From Paramoeba atlantica (lineage: Eukaryota; Protista; Discosea), in contig CDRNVI010000023.1 of NCBI GenBank assembly GCA_977017575.1, forward strand, positions 372,001-436,000: a stretch of 64,000 nucleotides of DNA, read 5' to 3'. Below the pieces are notes generated by a model. It did no database searches. It was not told the DNA's origin and was given only the letters and a program-made list of their open reading frames with translations. The position numbers were made by a program, and so were the translations under genes. Positions 60,401 through 64,000 of this stretch are shown one piece after another. The number at the start of each line of letters is the position of its first letter. Position 1 is the stretch's first letter.

Positions 60401-62959
60401 CTCGAATTTACCTTTTCCAAGAGTTTTCCCCGAACGCAGTCTTCACCTAAAACCAATGTAGCGCAAAGCAACACAAAGGAAGGTCATTTTTCGTACTCTT
60501 CGAAGGATAAAAATTCTTTTTCGCTTGAAAATATTCCATGTGATGTTACACTATGTGCCATCGTACGAGATTCTACTCGAGACATACTTTATTTTGTACG
60601 ATGGGAAAATTTGCCTTTTGCCTCTGCCACGGAGCCAACAGATGCAGAACCCTGTGTTTATTTGTGCGAAATACCCGCGCCTTCCCTGTTGTTTGATCTT
60701 GTCGAAAAAGCGCAAAATATTACAAACGAGGCTGCGAATCAAGTTGTGCAACATGATCTTGAACTCAACAAAGAACCTCCAAAAGAGGATGCAGAAAAAA
60801 AGAATTCGTCCTCGGAGATTTTATCTAAAAATACGGCAGTCAGCAACAAACGTGGTTCTCATTCAGAGCGCAAAGCTTTTTGGTCACAGCGTGAAGCATT
60901 TGACCAAAAATTGGGAGGCGTTGTAAGCTCTATGCAGGAAGATGTTTGGGGTTCTCTCTGCTATGCGTTACTTCCCTCTTTTCGAATGGATGCAGATCGA
61001 TTTGAACATGTAGAGAATACAGAACCCACAAAAAGTGAAACAACCTCTTTATCTCATGAGGAAAAATTCTCCTTAAAGGAAAAAGCGCTGCTTTCTAAAT
61101 ATCGCACTCGAATTTATGCACTCTTTCTTAAAGGTAATTCCGATTCTGAAATAGATTCTTCGCGAGCACAAACAATGCAAAATGATAACTTTTCCTGTGT
61201 CTTGGGCGTGCTATCCGCCTTCATACGATCGGTTCCTTTTCTTGAAAATCCTCCCACCATCGAATCATGTTCAAACCGTATTGACACCTCCAAAGCATCC
61301 ACATCGTCTACGACTCCAGCCGACCGGCTTTTAGATCTTATATCCTATTCGATTTGCTCCGACGCTTCTATTCTCATGGAAACAGAACCTTTTAAGAAAC
61401 GTTTAAAAGACCTCTTACTAGAATTCTATGAAGACTCTTGTGAAATGTACGATTCCATTTTTGATGGGATCCTGCCTCAAAAACTTTCCTTCAATGTTTC
61501 GGAGAATCCATCGTACACTTCTACGCTTTCTGGAACGTCTCCAAAGTTGAGTTCTTCGCCCCTTTTAGCGAATCTCTCCGAAACGGATTCAACTTCCTCG
61601 TCTTTCTCAAGAACAAAGCGCTTGCTTTCTCACCGTAAACTTTGGCTTTTGTTCGACCAGCAACCTCTGAATTCTCAAGGTCTCACACTTCATCATTTCC
61701 CATGGGAATCTCTTCCCTGTTTTCGATGGTTTCACAAAGGCAAACCATCTTCTCATATGGTTCGAATTCCCTCTTTGCGATATGCGATGCAAAGCGTATC
61801 GAATTTTGCATTTTTGAATGCACAAAAATGCTCCAAAAATACACATTTTAATGCTGTGTCTCCAAAACAGAACATCAAAGGATTAAAAACGAATACTTTG
61901 AGATCGGATCAAGCCTATCCCTATTCTCTGTATTACTGTTTGAATCCGATGGGCGATACCCATCGGTCACAGGAAACGTTAGAACCTCTTTTACGCAAAC
62001 TTCCCAACAGCACGGGAAGTGTTGGAAAAATAAAGAGAGATGGATACTCAACGGTGGACTGTTGCGATCCGATTTCAGGTTTGCATACAGGAGGGACGTT
62101 TCTGTATGTTGGACATGGCAGCGGCTATCGAATTCTTCCTCGACATAAATTGCTGACATGTGCAGGAAAAATGAGACGAAGGGAAGCCGAGAAATCCAAA
62201 CGATATTCGGAAGATCGTGAGGGAGATCAGGAATCTTTGACAGAAAATGAAGAGCCCACGCCAAGGAAAAGTTTTTCGGAGTATCTAAAAACACCGTTTT
62301 CTCTTTTGGGGAAACTAAAAGAATATATCAAACCCTCATCCGAATCCTCTACGAATAATACGGATAATAACAAATCCTCGGAAGTCGAAATGTCGACGGG
62401 AAAAGAAGATTCCGAAGAAGTTTCTCGACACTCCCATACATTACTGGATGAAGCGCAAGATGGGAATTTTACAGAATTGCAAGCTTCCACCCGTAGTGCA
62501 TCTTCATTGGTCTCATCTTCTATTCTTCCTTCTCACACTGTGCTACTTATGGGTTGCTCCAGTGCATCCTTGAGTGAAGGTCCGTATGCGATTCCTTACA
62601 CTTTACTTCACTTTGGGGTGCGTCAAGTCCTGTGCACTTTATGGGATATAACAGATGGCGAAATTGATCGCTACACGAAGCAATATCTCAAAACTGCATT
62701 TTTACCTCAGGAAACCGATTCCGATGGAAAACCAGAAGCGAACGGGTCTGCTCGATCTTTGAGCGAAAACGTTGAAACAGAAATGGGGAATCTTTGCTTG
62801 AAGAAAGGAAGTGCCACTTCATCTAAAATCGTTGTCCTTGAAACAGATCGAAACGTGCTCCCCAAAGATTTTGACCTGCACCACAACATGTTACGCGCAC
62901 GAGAAGCCCCAAGGCTGTTTTATCTCACAAGTTCATCTGTAGTCTGTTATGGCACCTAA
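57428..62959 (+). CDS. ESP1: Separase (peptidase C50)
   Basis: LNPMGDT, FLYVGHGSG (His), LLMGCSS (Cys), TLWDITDGEIDRY, SVVCYG. Confidence 0.93.
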   Translation: MVLLSTHLPSSRSQKHRSQLHRTQTEHSDCKDHVNGSITSSQSSEHSDTSLVPQESNSPSSSNLKPSSHLHDLERTKVSFLSKAQCSHELFSSSQLKTLSQSKSDLSAWKGWIHTLNVMDHAVRVFQVTQHLSSGASTKPFAKPLAFEVAHILRQKKCDSVVLKWPFESDFMWESLDDVTLHGRSQLPLCCSLYMQSTLFLLLLALYDATERYSEDNIAKAETDDLSSLNSSLSLLAFCFSYANDASQSMENQRLSSPKPERHMDQNLEKCKDLCDKIYLYGLHFVCKIAMGNLKDASHPIWILLAHLFSRQTQQAKNKDLMIVPGNSIISKGQGNPSKDSLSKEFKNLRFPINLSSSIFQNVESCLTALLARLIQESWKDFQLGQQKTFNFLQSKLDCTALCHVVTQSRSRTSPKGFQIDLGNDSSKYIPALSSLFLIRFAAVCLLPWIRRMKSEKGTSVVLPKKMHTLLMFIAHSLHYEGYTPLAFELWNSLCDEKCCDQSDLYKKDAYLSHALTMGNLEIISKWVDSTQDTLEFLQKLHISGHSLKAETGAADPLQRGSQIAETETTLNDLSVFKRIFTLYHNSFSESSSFPAENILADLLPLLQKYIPWIVDTQHFCDASHLNLLNEKETNTPRDTQPQNTVIPKRNTENDTEKTADAISSLPAEHSNEKTSNTNETVIKTQTKNKSHSISSLETAHYIIDSCFLVAELFLSRGDIPSATRSLCAVLSVLLGSATLLSTRHLLRVLECFSLLSGSVESLVSFSSNDFNDVVQTYRTRSLFAFVSPVSFTRWAFREREFEMRISPGMIYSSLNNDGSDSIEDDRNDKVTNVLSLMEVKERNYLAPRSLHDINDAFNSLHSMQRTLTEVKKDEHRQIEHLISTALDADRTLQCPQRLFVLKEFMSRIERLLRRTLKLRSEATKYRLFPMHFGTLHHTCSGHCHANDRKEFHLTLARIAILWGFTSLAATQLLSCCNLSFDAISGAHTVPLEFTFSKSFPRTQSSPKTNVAQSNTKEGHFSYSSKDKNSFSLENIPCDVTLCAIVRDSTRDILYFVRWENLPFASATEPTDAEPCVYLCEIPAPSLLFDLVEKAQNITNEAANQVVQHDLELNKEPPKEDAEKKNSSSEILSKNTAVSNKRGSHSERKAFWSQREAFDQKLGGVVSSMQEDVWGSLCYALLPSFRMDADRFEHVENTEPTKSETTSLSHEEKFSLKEKALLSKYRTRIYALFLKGNSDSEIDSSRAQTMQNDNFSCVLGVLSAFIRSVPFLENPPTIESCSNRIDTSKASTSSTTPADRLLDLISYSICSDASILMETEPFKKRLKDLLLEFYEDSCEMYDSIFDGILPQKLSFNVSENPSYTSTLSGTSPKLSSSPLLANLSETDSTSSSFSRTKRLLSHRKLWLLFDQQPLNSQGLTLHHFPWESLPCFRWFHKGKPSSHMVRIPSLRYAMQSVSNFAFLNAQKCSKNTHFNAVSPKQNIKGLKTNTLRSDQAYPYSLYYCLNPMGDTHRSQETLEPLLRKLPNSTGSVGKIKRDGYSTVDCCDPISGLHTGGTFLYVGHGSGYRILPRHKLLTCAGKMRRREAEKSKRYSEDREGDQESLTENEEPTPRKSFSEYLKTPFSLLGKLKEYIKPSSESSTNNTDNNKSSEVEMSTGKEDSEEVSRHSHTLLDEAQDGNFTELQASTRSASSLVSSSILPSHTVLLMGCSSASLSEGPYAIPYTLLHFGVRQVLCTLWDITDGEIDRYTKQYLKTAFLPQETDSDGKPEANGSARSLSENVETEMGNLCLKKGSATSSKIVVLETDRNVLPKDFDLHHNMLRAREAPRLFYLTSSSVVCYGT

Positions 62960-63167
62960 TATCACATTCTCTTTTCAACTCTGTCTTACGCACAAAAATA
63001 CCGCAAAATATTTCAAGGAAAAATACACGTTTTCCTTCAAAAACATTTTTTTTTCAAATTTTTATCTTCAATCCAAATTTTTTAATCATAATCCTATTTA
63101 TATTATTCTTATATTTTTTTGAAGCTCATTTTTTTCTTCCCTCTTTTTCTCCCTCCTTCCTTCCTCC

Positions 63168-64000
63168 ATGTCCTACGCCCTTGCGGAGCTCCCCGCAGGC
63201 TACGCCCTCATCCGCCTCGAAACCGCCGACACCCCCACACTCCACGCGCTCCACAAATTCAAATCCACCAAGGAGGCGCTGCAATCCACCAGCGCTCTTC
63301 TTCAAAGCGAACTCTCCCAGCCGCTTAAAAAATTCCTAAAACGCAATCTCCCGAAAGAGCAGGTCGAGAGCCTCAGCGTTCTGGATGCGAAATTGGGCAA
63401 ACTGATCAAATCGGAGCTCAAACTCCCGATTATCCATGGGGATGAGGTGCTGGACCAGATGCGGCTGATTCGTGGCGCCATGCACAATCTGCTTACGGAA
63501 ATTTCCCCCACACAGATGCACCAATCCAGTCTGGGACTCTCCCATCATTTGAATCGCTACAAACTTCGGTTTTCTCCGGAGAAAATTGACATGATGGTGG
63601 TGCAAGCCGTAGCCTTGCTCGATGATTTGGATAAAGAATTAAACAAATACGCCATGCGTGCCCGTGAGTGGTACGGCTGGCATTTTCCGGAACTTAGCAA
63701 ACTGATTGCGGATAATGTGGTGTATGCGAAAATCGCGTGTGCCATGAAAACACGCGATCACGCGAAAGAAGCCAACCTCGAGTCTTTTCTCTCCGAGGAG
63801 GAGGCCGGGAAAATTCGAGAAGCGGCTCGACTCTCCATGGGGACCGAAATCAGTGAGGACGACGTGGAGAACATCTGTGCGCTTTGCACGGAGGTGATCT
63901 CGACGTCTCACTACCGCGAGCAGCTCGCGGCGTACCTCTCGAACCGGATGAAAGCGATTGCGCCGAATTTAACCACCATGGTGGGGGAACAAATCGGGGC
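63168..64000 (+). CDS. NOP58: Nucleolar protein 58, runs off the window end (not in the ORF track)
   Basis: ELPAGYAL, LGLSHHLNRYKLRFSPEKIDMMVVQAVALLDDLDKELNKYAMRAREWYGWHFPEL, NRMKAIAPNLT. Confidence 0.93.
   Translation, partial: MSYALAELPAGYALIRLETADTPTLHALHKFKSTKEALQSTSALLQSELSQPLKKFLKRNLPKEQVESLSVLDAKLGKLIKSELKLPIIHGDEVLDQMRLIRGAMHNLLTEISPTQMHQSSLGLSHHLNRYKLRFSPEKIDMMVVQAVALLDDLDKELNKYAMRAREWYGWHFPELSKLIADNVVYAKIACAMKTRDHAKEANLESFLSEEEAGKIREAARLSMGTEISEDDVENICALCTEVISTSHYREQLAAYLSNRMKAIAPNLTTMVGEQIG

Noticed and set aside
1-64000. rRNA, 5S, snRNA or intact tRNA genes
   Set aside because: No conserved rRNA or snRNA motifs recognised; the only tRNA-like sequence has unpaired stems

Overview
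Eukaryotic, apparently intron-less genomic DNA. Every recognisable host gene lies on the + strand, and minus-strand coding is limited to mobile-element relics. This layout, a spliced-leader (SL) exon relic and a U1-zinc-finger/RNase III-like mitochondrial protein point to a kinetoplastid-type genome. That assignment is an inference, possibly a Perkinsela-like or other prokinetoplastid lineage. Housekeeping genes are mS23, a ubiquitin-specific protease, a KREPB-like protein, a divergent PCNA paralog, a DEDDh exonuclease, PRA1, separase, NOP58 and two hypothetical proteins. They are interleaved with 18 loci of one family of small LRR-only proteins that share a K-V-R-G-x-x-L-P-x-E-Y-x-L motif and a W-x-G-x-x-C cap. 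Paralog pairs show abrupt segmental divergence (mosaicism). The intergenic DNA is a dense mobilome: three Tc1-type transposase relics (one with DD51E spacing), a Merlin element and Merlin-type MITEs with 8-bp TSDs, two PIF/Harbinger-type relics, a CRE/SLACS-type endonuclease fragment and several MITEs. It also carries about 10 pieces of an unclassified ~920-bp palindrome-ended element that inserts without an evident TSD. No CRISPR array, rRNA or intact tRNA was seen. All alignments were done by eye, without tools.
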